The notes below the pieces were generated by a model. It was not told where the DNA came from. It did no database searches and was given only the letters and a program-made list of their open reading frames with translations. The translations under genes and the position numbers were made by a program. Source: an uncultured virus (IMG/VR IMGVR_UViG_3300036766_000780) (taxonomy: Duplodnaviria > Heunggongvirae > Uroviricota > Caudoviricetes). From it: 64,000 nucleotides of DNA. Each line of letters starts with the position of its first letter. Within the stretch, counting starts at the first letter, position 1. The stretch is from the IMG/VR virus record IMGVR_UViG_3300036766_000780; one strand, 5' to 3'. Positions 30,901 through 40,857 of the stretch are shown piece by piece.

Positions 30901-33883
30901 CATGTCGGTTGATACTAACAATTTCAGAGCTTACGATACAGAATCTGGAGCTACTGCTAGTTTTTCTCAATATTTTGGAAGTGCATATAGTTTTAAAAAC
31001 TATAAGGCTATGATGAGAGCTAGAAATGTAATAGATCCATTAACGTTAGTTGATGAAGACGCCATTCTTTATAAGTCAGCAGTTTGGGGAAGTGCTGGGA
31101 ATAACTATAAAGTTGGATATTTTTATCCAACATCTGCAAGCAGTATCATAACTCATGTAATATCTGTAGATGATAGTACAAAAATTTCAATATTCTTAAA
31201 ATCTGGAGCAGCAGTTCCCAATCAAATAGACGGCACTACTGAATGGGACGTTACGGTAACGCCAAATACACCAGTTGCCGGAGTAGATGAAGTAACCTAT
31301 ACTTGGAATAGTACGGGAACTAATCCTGCTATGACAACTCTTTCTCCAGGTCATTATGTTACTATAAACTCTAACGGAGAGTTTAGTTCAGCCAACACGG
31401 GAACGTTTAAAATATCTTCCGCTACTGCTACTTCTTTTACGGTTAGAAGACCTAATGGAGTCGCCATAGCAGAAAATAATATAGCAACGTTAACCGCTAA
31501 TACTATTTTCTTATATCAAGATAGTGACACAACCGCTCAAGACATCGTTACTTATGTGACAGCTAGCTTGTCTGATTTTATAAGCGCAGAATTAGTGGAC
31601 GATAATGGAACAACCGGAGCTGGAATAATAGACACTAGTACTTATGAAGATAATAGTTTTGCTTCTCTAACCGAATATATTTTTTTAGTTGATGGTATAA
31701 ATTGGATATCTTCTTCTGATTTAGGAGCATCCTCTCCTACTCCTCAGTTTGTTTTTAAGAAATCCTTAGATTTACCTAGTTTTGATACAAACACAGTTGG
31801 AGCTTATGCTTTTAATAATGGAGAAGAAATTAGATTAATTCCTACCACAGCCGTTCAAGTTAGTGAATTTATATCCGTATTAGCCGTTTCCGGTTTAACT
31901 ACTTTAGCAGATGTCTCTACATCGGAAAGAAACGATAAATTACAAATATCAAGTCAAATATTAGGATCTTCTGGATCGGTACTAGTTTCCGGTGGAACGG
32001 GTAATTTAGCTGAAGCGGTAGTTTTATCTCAATCAAGTAAAATAGTCGGAACCGATTTACTAAAAACCACTATAAGTAGAAGTGCTGCTGCCGGATTTCA
32101 CGGAAATCAGTTGGTAAAATTAACTTCTTTAAATGCACAGAAAAGAAGTATAGGTATAAGCACTACTACAAATGTAACTGTTGACGCAAACACTCCAGTT
32201 GCTGGAAAATCTACAGTGACCCTAGGAAACAGAGATAATCAAGATTTATATTTCGGTCAACCAAGGTCTGCGTTTAGAGATTTGGGGAGAGCATTTCACG
32301 TTGAACATCATGGAATATTAACGTGTATTTCTTGGGACGGAGCGACAGGTTCAGATCCTCTATTCATTAAAACAGTAGAAATTAACGCTGACGGTGGAAA
32401 TATTTCTGTAGATTTCGATCCAGATACAGGATTAACGAGTTATATCGTTACTACAGGAACTAGAAATTTTTCTGAAGTTGAGTTCGGAGATTCTGTAACA
32501 ATTCAAAATATGTTAGTCGCTTCTAATAATGGAACATTCAGTATTGTAGGAATTTCAGATGATAAGAAAACTATAGTTACAGATAATGGAGATGGCGTTG
32601 ATGCAGTAGCTGCTGCCGTAGCAGCTCCAGACTTTGTTATATCTACAGAAATAATTGAAGGCGATATAGTAGAAGTTGATGCTCCTTTCACAAATTTAAA
32701 CAGAGGAAAATTTAGAGTTATAAGAAGATACGCAAATAGTATTTATATTAATAATCCAGTTTCTGTTGAAGAAAGAGTAGTAATTACTAGTAATTTAAGA
32801 AGCTTAGGTTTTGACGGAACTACTCAGTTTGACATTACCGTTCCTGGTGATATGAGAATAGAATGGAATACGGCTGGAACCGAACCTACCTTAGACAATG
32901 CCAAGATGGGAGACTATATAACCGTTGGTATTGCTTTTGACATAGATAATCAAGGTATCTTTATGGTTACTTCTTCTGGAGATAATTATATTGAATGTGC
33001 TAACGCTAAAGCCGTAGTTGAAAGTAATATTTCAGTCGCAAGCGTTGGAGGAGATGTTTTAGAATCCCATCAACCTTCCATGATTTTTAATCCATACGAA
33101 AATACCAGATCTGAAGATAAATTTGTAGTTTCTGGAAGTGTACTTGGAGTTTCAAGTCAGGGAACTTATGTTGTTGATGAAGTATTAAGCAAATACAGCA
33201 TAATAGTAACAGGATCTATAGACGCTCAAATAGCAACCCCGTTGGCTAATAACTTTACTCAAGTTTATGTGGAAGAAGAATTGCCTTACGAAGGGTACAA
33301 AAAAATTCAGAATATAATAGCAGATCCTTCCAGTATAAATAGATATTTATTAATTTTTGATAGTAATGAGCAATTTAATAAAATTAACGATGTTGGAGAA
33401 GTATCTATAGGTTCTATATCAAAATTAAATTTTTCCGAAATAGTTAGAAGAGGATCTGATTCATACAGATATCATACTGGATTGATAGCCCAATCTAATA
33501 GAATAGTTTACGGAAATCCAAGAGATAATATAACTTATCCTGGAGTCGCCGCTGCTGGAGCTGAGATTTTCATTAAAGCACCATTGGTTAGAAGAATAAC
33601 GATTTCCATAAACATAAGAATTAATACTGGGATTCCTTTTACTAAAGTTTCAGAACAGGTTAGAAATAATATAGCAGCTTTAGTAAATTCATCGCCTATC
33701 GGTGAATCTATAGCTATAAGTGATATTATATCTGTAGTTAATTCCATACCAGGAGTAAAAGCTGTTTCTATAACTTCTCCTTCTTATAGTCCGACAAATG
33801 ACGTTATAGTTGTTAATCCTTCTGAAAAACCTTTGATATTAGATACTGTTAATGATGTAATTGTCGCAAAAGTGGGTACTTAA
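27941..33883 (+). CDS. giant baseplate J/gp47-like wedge protein with large insertion
   Basis: N-terminal ATG..L..IA, G.DGNV..GAI, GKDADTDDDIR; C-terminal PIGESIAISDIISVVNSIPGV. Confidence 0.75.
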   Translation: MASPIVKSYENILGDLISTYISKVKVNDLNTGSAVLSFFEAISQQIYLANASNFSILRDFNIDRATGEVLKKIAKEENVKTEEARVTTGKVTVRDSSFDKISTKIYAGANPPNVGSTVIKVSDASDFSSSGNLYIGRGTPNVEGPLPFSGIVQTGGFWEITLTSPTAKFHNLSESVILAQGGVRTISVGSVVRSPASGNEADINFTVTQSATILDGENQITNVPVAAQQPGSDGNVSKGAIKEFVSNPFSGSTVTNDSPFVSGKDADTDDDIRNKIKRSRISKGLGTVLAIKNATLGARANDENSIVTSNEIFSDDTETILYVDDGTGYEEKTNGIGLEPIVDSALGGETHFQLATAGTQTSIAKAFLDSSLSSPFDISPNDKLAILVGGILSEHTFNDGDFRSNGFATAYEVVSSINSNSDLDFSARTIGSGTKVVVEAKAEDNEYLQITTPTSGNDAATALGLTSNEVQTLLLYKNKQILSKNGRFSRVESEDQADWSNTIATGDTLKIAVDGTSQITYTFLDADFIAEGTYTTVSKNNSLASWISVINTKIVGVTATINGNRLVLTSNLGTNSRAMIEVDNTSTLVTKGMFGSDIGLSSTGAGADYNLSRNTAQIKLLNPLEPGDVLSAGNEFTKGFVESGRILGGSVTLSTDALMWLLIDNKDAEIINTGIVANTFITVTKPSANIVRYTSSDTSALTNVEVGDYVIVWSEELSSGNRLEGRINAVTASSFDLKVTPSEYASAVAESLILFIEGMKFIRTDRTPQKLRIIAGAYNINTISDQIETDIYGVTSSTKDDEIILVTTKSNDLDGFVLVVTLNDSAKSLSFTEGQFGESTDSQIAFYESQNKYNDFPLFLHSSISDNQFADPLSSFIASFDSSVNLDTADIEPNVLTCFLSPYLTSGSNIKDAQPEKECVQIDSLSGVTVSIDESGTVRRLRASDRYYLASPFDFSYNDSLVIVLDEDPSNKTFPVPLYRRAIANTTMSVDTNNFRAYDTESGATASFSQYFGSAYSFKNYKAMMRARNVIDPLTLVDEDAILYKSAVWGSAGNNYKVGYFYPTSASSIITHVISVDDSTKISIFLKSGAAVPNQIDGTTEWDVTVTPNTPVAGVDEVTYTWNSTGTNPAMTTLSPGHYVTINSNGEFSSANTGTFKISSATATSFTVRRPNGVAIAENNIATLTANTIFLYQDSDTTAQDIVTYVTASLSDFISAELVDDNGTTGAGIIDTSTYEDNSFASLTEYIFLVDGINWISSSDLGASSPTPQFVFKKSLDLPSFDTNTVGAYAFNNGEEIRLIPTTAVQVSEFISVLAVSGLTTLADVSTSERNDKLQISSQILGSSGSVLVSGGTGNLAEAVVLSQSSKIVGTDLLKTTISRSAAAGFHGNQLVKLTSLNAQKRSIGISTTTNVTVDANTPVAGKSTVTLGNRDNQDLYFGQPRSAFRDLGRAFHVEHHGILTCISWDGATGSDPLFIKTVEINADGGNISVDFDPDTGLTSYIVTTGTRNFSEVEFGDSVTIQNMLVASNNGTFSIVGISDDKKTIVTDNGDGVDAVAAAVAAPDFVISTEIIEGDIVEVDAPFTNLNRGKFRVIRRYANSIYINNPVSVEERVVITSNLRSLGFDGTTQFDITVPGDMRIEWNTAGTEPTLDNAKMGDYITVGIAFDIDNQGIFMVTSSGDNYIECANAKAVVESNISVASVGGDVLESHQPSMIFNPYENTRSEDKFVVSGSVLGVSSQGTYVVDEVLSKYSIIVTGSIDAQIATPLANNFTQVYVEEELPYEGYKKIQNIIADPSSINRYLLIFDSNEQFNKINDVGEVSIGSISKLNFSEIVRRGSDSYRYHTGLIAQSNRIVYGNPRDNITYPGVAAAGAEIFIKAPLVRRITISINIRINTGIPFTKVSEQVRNNIAALVNSSPIGESIAISDIISVVNSIPGVKAVSITSPSYSPTNDVIVVNPSEKPLILDTVNDVIVAKVGT

Positions 33884-33885
33884 AA

Positions 33886-35496
33886 ATGACAGATCAAACC
33901 CAAGAAAAAAAACGTACTAGAAGGTTTTTGAATCCCAGTATTAGGGGTAAAAATACGGATATTATTCTAGAATCAATTGCTCCGGGAATGGAACATTTGA
34001 TCAATAACGTTGAAGCTGTTAATGACAGTATATATATTGTTAGCGCAGAAGGACAGTATTTAGAACAATTATTAGCCGGAAGAGGTATAACTAAACCAGA
34101 AAATGTAGGGCTATCTGATGACATTTTTAGAGAAATAGGGATAGAAGTTTCTAACAGAAAACAAGTTAGAGATTTAATAATGAATATTCTTAACATCATA
34201 TATGGTGATGAATTTACTAAATCCACTTCATCTAGCGATGAATTAGAAACCTATAATCTGGAAGATGGCGATACTTTAATAATTCAATTTGATGACGAAG
34301 AATCTTTAGAAGTTGTTTTTAATACAGATCAATTTTCTAATATAAATTCGTCTACTGCACAAGAAGTAGCTGATGCAATAACTAAAGAAATAAGAAGATT
34401 AGGTAGAAAGGGTTCTGCTATACAAAAAGACGACGGGTCTGGCGGATATGTAACTCTAATATCTGGCACTAACGGACCAGCATCTACAGTTAGAGTTCTC
34501 GGAGGAAAAGCTCAAAATAAATTAAAATTTGCTCAAATAAGACCTACAACGGCTTTAGCTGCTACTCAATGGGATCTGTCTTTACAATCTGGAGGAGTTG
34601 TCAGGGCTACGTGGAGTGGAGGACCAAATCCTTCTGTTGGTAAGGTTAGAACTGGAGATTACGTAAACTTATACGGTACTGCTTTTGATATAAATAATAG
34701 AGGAACGTTTACAGTAACTGCGGTCAATGGCGGATTAGTTGGCGACGCTTATGTAGAGTTTTTAAATGAAACTGGTATAGTAGAAACTGTAGTTCAAGGA
34801 ACGGATGAAGCTATATTGTTTTTTTTTCCAGAAAGAAAAATACTTACTAGTAAATTAATGTATGCTGCCGCTTATCAAACAGAATCTAGATTATTGGAAA
34901 TTTTTATTCCGGCTACAACAAAGGTTGTTAGAAGGGAGAGAAAGGGAGGAGCCTATCTGCATGATTTTGGAGTAGCTTCAACCGTTGATGATTTAGGTAC
35001 ATATGTTTGGGATATTAGTAAGCCTTATGCCATAGGATCAGAAGAATGTAATACTAATCAAGTCGTAGATTCAAACACAGGATTAATAATTCAAGTTGAT
35101 GATTCAAGTAATTTTCCAGACGAAACGGGTCATTTGGTTTTTTCTTTCGGTACTAGTAAGGAAGAAGGTCCTGTAGAATATATTTCTAGACCATCAAACA
35201 ATACACTTATGATTAATCCATCTTATAGATTTAAAAATGTACACGATACAGGAACTAATATATCATTGATAACAAAAAATTTTACATATGACGTAGCTGT
35301 AGATGGAAGCGATTATCCGTTTTATTTAACAGATATTGTTTCTGGTAGGATATACGCAGAAGATTTAATTAAACTCGTAGCGGCTACTGGAATAAGATTG
35401 GTTATAAATGTATTGTATCCGGGATCAATTGGATTAGGTAAGTGGGGAACGGAATTCGATGAGAAGGTCGTCGTGTGGGGACCTGATGCTAGTTAA
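33886..35496 (+). CDS. putative baseplate wedge protein
   Basis: follows the J-like gene; AEGQYLE..GITKP..SDDIFR; C-terminal VAATGI. Confidence 0.6.
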   Translation: MTDQTQEKKRTRRFLNPSIRGKNTDIILESIAPGMEHLINNVEAVNDSIYIVSAEGQYLEQLLAGRGITKPENVGLSDDIFREIGIEVSNRKQVRDLIMNILNIIYGDEFTKSTSSSDELETYNLEDGDTLIIQFDDEESLEVVFNTDQFSNINSSTAQEVADAITKEIRRLGRKGSAIQKDDGSGGYVTLISGTNGPASTVRVLGGKAQNKLKFAQIRPTTALAATQWDLSLQSGGVVRATWSGGPNPSVGKVRTGDYVNLYGTAFDINNRGTFTVTAVNGGLVGDAYVEFLNETGIVETVVQGTDEAILFFFPERKILTSKLMYAAAYQTESRLLEIFIPATTKVVRRERKGGAYLHDFGVASTVDDLGTYVWDISKPYAIGSEECNTNQVVDSNTGLIIQVDDSSNFPDETGHLVFSFGTSKEEGPVEYISRPSNNTLMINPSYRFKNVHDTGTNISLITKNFTYDVAVDGSDYPFYLTDIVSGRIYAEDLIKLVAATGIRLVINVLYPGSIGLGKWGTEFDEKVVVWGPDAS

Positions 35497-35514
35497 TTTA
35501 TGGTCATATGTTAT

Positions 35515-36267
35515 ATGAATGATTTTTACGTATACGGACACTATACTTTAGATACTAATGAACTTTTCTACATAGGAAAGGGTCGAGGCAATAGGTTTAT
35601 TCATAATCAAAAAGGAAAAAGAAGCGCATATTGGTTTAAAATAACTAAAAAACATGGCTTTAGAGCTGAAATATTAATAGATAATTTATCAGAATCAGAC
35701 GCCTTAATACAAGAAATATTAGGTATTAAAGAATTTAAACCTAGAGCGAATTTTACTAGCGGCGGAATTGGATGTTCTGGTTATAAAAGATCCGAATCTG
35801 ATAGAAAGGCTATTTCTGAAAGAATGAAAGGATTCAAAAATCACAGATATGGAAAAATTGGAACTATGAAAGATAAAAAAATGCCCAAAGAAGGATTAGA
35901 TAAATTAAAATTCAAAGTTTATGATTTAAGAAAAAATAAAAGTTTTGAAGAAATATATGGTTTGGAAAAATCTATAGAAATAAAAGATAAGATGAAGGGG
36001 CACCCCGTATGGAATTCTGGAATGAAAATGTCAGATACTCACAGAGAAAAACTATCAAAAGCACATGGATGTAGAACTATTTTTGTTTATTGTAAATTAA
36101 CTAAAAATTTGATAGGAAAATGGGAAAATATGACTAAATGTTCTAAAGATCTTATTATAAAACAAAGTGTTATAAGTAGATATTTAAATGGTAGAAATCA
36201 ATATAGTAAATATAATAAACATCCTTATTTTTTTACTTATAATGAGGTAAAAAATGAGTCAATCTAA
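35515..36267 (+). CDS. GIY-YIG homing endonuclease with NUMOD3-like repeats
   Basis: YVY..FYIGKG..R..E..N.T.GG; HREKLSKAH; inserted in the structural operon. Confidence 0.85.
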   Translation: MNDFYVYGHYTLDTNELFYIGKGRGNRFIHNQKGKRSAYWFKITKKHGFRAEILIDNLSESDALIQEILGIKEFKPRANFTSGGIGCSGYKRSESDRKAISERMKGFKNHRYGKIGTMKDKKMPKEGLDKLKFKVYDLRKNKSFEEIYGLEKSIEIKDKMKGHPVWNSGMKMSDTHREKLSKAHGCRTIFVYCKLTKNLIGKWENMTKCSKDLIIKQSVISRYLNGRNQYSKYNKHPYFFTYNEVKNESI

Positions 36268-36679
36268 AGTTTTAAGAGGTGCTGATATAAAACTATATTT
36301 AGCTGGGAATCTATATCCAGAAGTACAATCTGTATCTTATACGATTGACTATGGTGAAGATGCTATATATGGAATTGACTCAATTTTTCCACAAGCGATA
36401 GAGACTACTAGAATATCAGTCCAAGGATCTATTAGCGGCGTTATGTTAAAACTTTCCGGTGGATTACAGGGCAAAGACGTTACGACCAGAATAATTGAAA
36501 AGCTATTTGCGCCTTATGTTTCTTTTGAATTAAGAGATAGATTAACCGATAGCAAAATAGTCTTCATACCTCATATAAAAATTGTTCAGGAAACCTTTCA
36601 AGTTCAAGGGAAGGGAACGGTAAAATTAAGCTTTAACTTTAAAGGAATAATTCCATTGAGTCCAATAGATATGAGTTAA
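36254..36679 (+). CDS. tail tube-like protein
   Basis: beta-rich; VQSVSYTIDY..IYGID pattern. Confidence 0.5.
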   Translation: MSQSKVLRGADIKLYLAGNLYPEVQSVSYTIDYGEDAIYGIDSIFPQAIETTRISVQGSISGVMLKLSGGLQGKDVTTRIIEKLFAPYVSFELRDRLTDSKIVFIPHIKIVQETFQVQGKGTVKLSFNFKGIIPLSPIDMS

Positions 36680-36834
36680 TCATTTCCCTATAATATAAGT
36701 TACTGCAAAGTTAATAATTAAACAAGACAACCAGTATAAAGACATAAGCCAATTTTTATTAAAACTATATGTAAATATAGCTCCGATTTGCAATATCATC
36801 ATGATATTTACGAATATATGCTGATTAATCATAT

Positions 36835-37056
36835 TTATACAGTTTTTTGATCTGATTGAGGAATAGTCTCTATTTGCTGAGGAATATTATAAATACCGTT
36901 ACAAATAGGGAAAACCAGCCTTTGATCTATGCCTTCTCTAACCATTTCCACTATACAATCTTTCATAAGTTTAGAATACTTTTCTTTGTAAGTTTCCTCG
37001 CCTCTTCTAGTAGGCAAAGAACATCCAATTAATAAAACTAATAATAAACTACGCAT
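36835..37056 (-). CDS. small lipoprotein
   Basis: LLIGC lipobox. Confidence 0.55.
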   Translation of the reverse strand: MRSLLLVLLIGCSLPTRRGEETYKEKYSKLMKDCIVEMVREGIDQRLVFPICNGIYNIPQQIETIPQSDQKTV

Positions 37057-37659
37057 CTCCTAAATCCTTTTTACATTTAATACAAATGTAATATTTTAAA
37101 TTATTGCTAATGATTATTTTCTTTTTTTCTTCATGTTCACATTTTTCTTTTTTATTTTCTGATTGACAATCTATTTCTTTTTCAGACGGGTAATCTAGAT
37201 CAATTTCATCTGGATATTGAAATTTAAAAGGATCGAAAGTTCCGAAATCCTCGTCTTCTTCGGATAGTTCTTCTTCGTCCTCTTCCGGCAAGTCCTTATT
37301 TGATAGATATTTATCAAACATTTCTTCAAATTCCTTTAAAAGTTGTTCGTCTATTTCTATACCGTCCTTCTTCATTCTACTATCAAAATTACCGCTTCTA
37401 ATGCTCCGGCAGTTTCCTTGCAAGGTCTATCGACTATTTTATTATCTTTAATTCTAGCTTTAAATGTTGTAGCTACAGTAAAACACCTGCCATCTTCAGA
37501 TAGAGGATCTTCTACCATGATTATAGCATTTTCTGAGTACTTATCAAGTATTTCAATTAGATCTTTTACTTTCATTGTCTAATTATACCACAAAACCTTA
37601 TAAAATAGTAATCTTTAAAGAACAGATACCTATCTGCCTACCAATACAAAATCAAATAA

Positions 37660-37672
37660 AATCAATATGTTG
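37660..37672 (+). promoter_or_regulatory. IHF-like binding site
   Basis: AATCAATATGTTG matches WATCAANNNNTTR. Confidence 0.4.
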
Positions 37673-37688
37673 CGTATTAAGGAAATGA

Positions 37689-40600
37689 ATGAGCATACGA
37701 CGTAGGAACTCGGTTTTAAATCAGCAAAGAGTAGATACTAGCGATTTTAGATCTATAGAGTCGGCGGTTAGTGCTGATTTCGATGAACTTCTTAGATCCC
37801 TAGTGCTTGGAGAGTCAAAATCTTATGTTTTAAGAGGTTTTGATATAAATACAACCGGAGCTATAGGTTCTTCTGCTAATTCTCTTCAGATGCTTGTTTC
37901 TGAAGCTTCTTTTTTACACGGAACCTCTGATGTTTCTGGTACGTTTTTTGTTATTCCTTCTGGTACTCCAAACGAAACATTAAGCTCTATAACTAATACA
38001 AAAGTACAAGGTTCTTTTGTTCCTAGTACTTTAAATTATGTCAGTCTTGAATTTGTAAGAGCGGTGGATGATTCTACTACAGGTCAGAGATATTTCTGGA
38101 ACCCTACTACTAAAGCTGAATTTACTAAAGTAGTTCCTTTAGCAGAATTATTAGACTATAATATTATAGTCTCTTCGTCTATTTTTCCTTCAAACGTATT
38201 ACCCGTAGCTATAATTGAAACAGACACTTCAAATAATGTTTTAAGCGTTGAAGATAGAAGACCGTTATTGTTTAGATTGGGTACTGCCGGAGATACAACT
38301 CCAGATCCTATACATGAATATCCTTGGACTAATGATACAGAAGGAAGAGTAGAAAATTTTTATAAGTCTACAACTTCAACCTCTCCATTTCATGGCGGCG
38401 ATAAACAGATAAAACACCTTAAAGAATGGATGGACGCAGTAATGTCCATGATCAAAGAAGTTAAGGGAACTCCTTATTGGTATTCCATTAACGTAGGCGG
38501 AAGTTTAGCTAAAATAAGAGAAGATATAGCTAATACGGTTATAACCGGAACAGGTGTAATAAGTCACGATGCGGTTACTTCAGGAAAAATAAACTGGTCT
38601 AGCGATATGTTCATGGATCTTATAAGCAGTAGACTTTCTTATAAGATAGCATCTAACGCAGCAACTACGGACATTATATTAGCTGATGATGAAGTAGCTT
38701 ACATAAAAATAGTTCGTGGACAGACAATAACTCCTAATTTAATTTATACAAATGGATCTCCCACGGTTACTTCGGTTGGTTCTGTAAGTTGGACAATGGG
38801 TTTAGTAGCTGGTGATTTTGTAAAAATTGCTTCAGAACTAGATACAAAATATTATAAAATTTTAAGCGTTGATTCTTTATTTCAAGTTACTTTAACTGTA
38901 AATTTTGCAGATACTTCTACTGGATCTGGTGGAGCGCAATCTCAATATGCTTATGGTGTTTATCAAACAGATCCAGCTCCTAGTACAGATAGACATTTAA
39001 AGATAGATGCAAGAGAAGATGTTCCCTTTGATGAAGATCATTTTTGGCTATTTTTCAGAAAAGATAACGGCGGATCTACAGCTAGAGTTTACATAAGAGG
39101 TGAAGGTGAATTAGAAAAGGGTGAAGATAGACAAATAGACGACGGTCAGTCTTTAAATATACTTAGCTATATAGGCTCTCCCTCTGAAGTCGCTACTCAA
39201 CCTGCATATTCTTCTAGTATTAGAGGAACTGCTCTCGAAGATTTAACAGATAGAATTGGTGTTTTAACAGATGCAGTTGGTGACGAACAAGAAGATCGTT
39301 CTGCTTATTTAAGATCTGATGAAGAAGTTTTGTGGGACGGAACAGACTTAACATTCACTTCTGATATAGTTTTAGAATTAATAAATACAAAAAGCGGTAC
39401 ATCTACAGAACATATAATTTTAGCGGCAAATAGTCCTATTACGATAAATGATCAAGAATCACTGTACATAGAAATAGATAGGGCGGTTGCTTCTGAAAAC
39501 GTAACTCCTGTATTAAGCGATACTACCCCAATACCAGCTCAAACTCAAACAGATAAAGATATTTTTGTTTTGTTTAGAAGATTAGATAACGGCGTAACCG
39601 CTCTTAAAGAATTATATAGTCCTTTTAATAAACAATTATATACTGAAGGGCAATCATTTAGGATCGGTCAAGCAGGAAGCGGAAAGGGAATTTTTAAGGT
39701 TGATTTTTTAGATCCTGTTTCTACAACACTTCCTACTGGTGCTACAGTTACTATTGATGGGATTTCAGGTGTTGACGGCGATTTAGTTTTATTTACTAAT
39801 TTAACTTTAAATAATAATAAGGTTTACAAATTAGGCGGAGTTGGGGTAGCTATTACATGGACTGCTCAAAAAATATTTGATAATGGATCTGAAACTCCTT
39901 TTGTTGCTGATTTAATAATAGTTAGAAAGGGAATAGGTTTTGCCAATCAGATAGCGGAATTTGACGGAACAAATTGGAAAGTAAACGATACGATTAGAAT
40001 GTTTGACGGAGTGAGTGCAGATTTTTGGGAAATGAGTTCCATAAAAACATCTACATTAGCAAATAACACTACTGGAAACATATTCTCAGTAACTGTAGCA
40101 GGAAGTGAAAATTTTGTAATTCCTTACTCTATATTTAGAGGATCTACTAAAGAAACAGGTATCTTAACAGTAACCTCTGATGGAGTGAGTGCTGAGATAT
40201 CTAGAAGCAATGGTGCGTTTATATCTTCTGTTGGCGTTGATATTTTTGCAGATATTTCTGCTGGTAATATAAGACTTCGTTTTACTACTGATAATTCTGG
40301 CTCATCTGCAATGATGAAATATTTTGTTCAAAGATGGTCAAATTCTGCTGGTGGACCTAGTGGAATACCAAATTATGCAGGCGGAGGCGGAGGCGGATCT
40401 ACTATCGCAGCAGGAGCGGTTCAAGATGTCCAGTTTCATGGAGTAAGTGGGTTTTTAGACGCAGATACTTCTTTTAAATGGGATGGAAGTCAACAAGCAA
40501 TTAATCTAAATGATTTATATATTGGGAAACTTCTTGGACCATTAGTTTTAAATGATAATCAAGCTGTTGCGGCAACTTTATTTACCTATTCAGCCGCATC

Positions 40601-40841
40601 TTTTAAATCGTTAATAATTGAATACTCTATTGATAGAAACACAACAAGAAGAACGGGAACGATTAAAATCGCCAATACTGGAGTTGCAGTCGCAGATGAC
40701 GATCAATTTGCAGAATGTGGCGGAGCAAGCGGTGTTGTTTTTAGTACTATTATAAGCGGTGGAAACGTATCGTTACAATATGTGTCAACCTCAACGGGTT
40801 TTAGTGGTTCTTTTGAATATAGTATAAGAAAATGGCTTTAA
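37689..40841 (+). CDS. putative baseplate/tail-fibre attachment protein
   Basis: 1050 aa, S/T/G-rich; IDG....GDLVL motif shared with fibre proteins. Confidence 0.6.
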   Translation: MSIRRRNSVLNQQRVDTSDFRSIESAVSADFDELLRSLVLGESKSYVLRGFDINTTGAIGSSANSLQMLVSEASFLHGTSDVSGTFFVIPSGTPNETLSSITNTKVQGSFVPSTLNYVSLEFVRAVDDSTTGQRYFWNPTTKAEFTKVVPLAELLDYNIIVSSSIFPSNVLPVAIIETDTSNNVLSVEDRRPLLFRLGTAGDTTPDPIHEYPWTNDTEGRVENFYKSTTSTSPFHGGDKQIKHLKEWMDAVMSMIKEVKGTPYWYSINVGGSLAKIREDIANTVITGTGVISHDAVTSGKINWSSDMFMDLISSRLSYKIASNAATTDIILADDEVAYIKIVRGQTITPNLIYTNGSPTVTSVGSVSWTMGLVAGDFVKIASELDTKYYKILSVDSLFQVTLTVNFADTSTGSGGAQSQYAYGVYQTDPAPSTDRHLKIDAREDVPFDEDHFWLFFRKDNGGSTARVYIRGEGELEKGEDRQIDDGQSLNILSYIGSPSEVATQPAYSSSIRGTALEDLTDRIGVLTDAVGDEQEDRSAYLRSDEEVLWDGTDLTFTSDIVLELINTKSGTSTEHIILAANSPITINDQESLYIEIDRAVASENVTPVLSDTTPIPAQTQTDKDIFVLFRRLDNGVTALKELYSPFNKQLYTEGQSFRIGQAGSGKGIFKVDFLDPVSTTLPTGATVTIDGISGVDGDLVLFTNLTLNNNKVYKLGGVGVAITWTAQKIFDNGSETPFVADLIIVRKGIGFANQIAEFDGTNWKVNDTIRMFDGVSADFWEMSSIKTSTLANNTTGNIFSVTVAGSENFVIPYSIFRGSTKETGILTVTSDGVSAEISRSNGAFISSVGVDIFADISAGNIRLRFTTDNSGSSAMMKYFVQRWSNSAGGPSGIPNYAGGGGGGSTIAAGAVQDVQFHGVSGFLDADTSFKWDGSQQAINLNDLYIGKLLGPLVLNDNQAVAATLFTYSAASFKSLIIEYSIDRNTTRRTGTIKIANTGVAVADDDQFAECGGASGVVFSTIISGGNVSLQYVSTSTGFSGSFEYSIRKWL

Positions 40842-40857
40842 TTAGAGGATATTAAAA

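Noticed and set aside
27508..34226. multiple short - strand ORFs inside structural genes
   Set aside because: Antisense shadows of long + strand CDSs.
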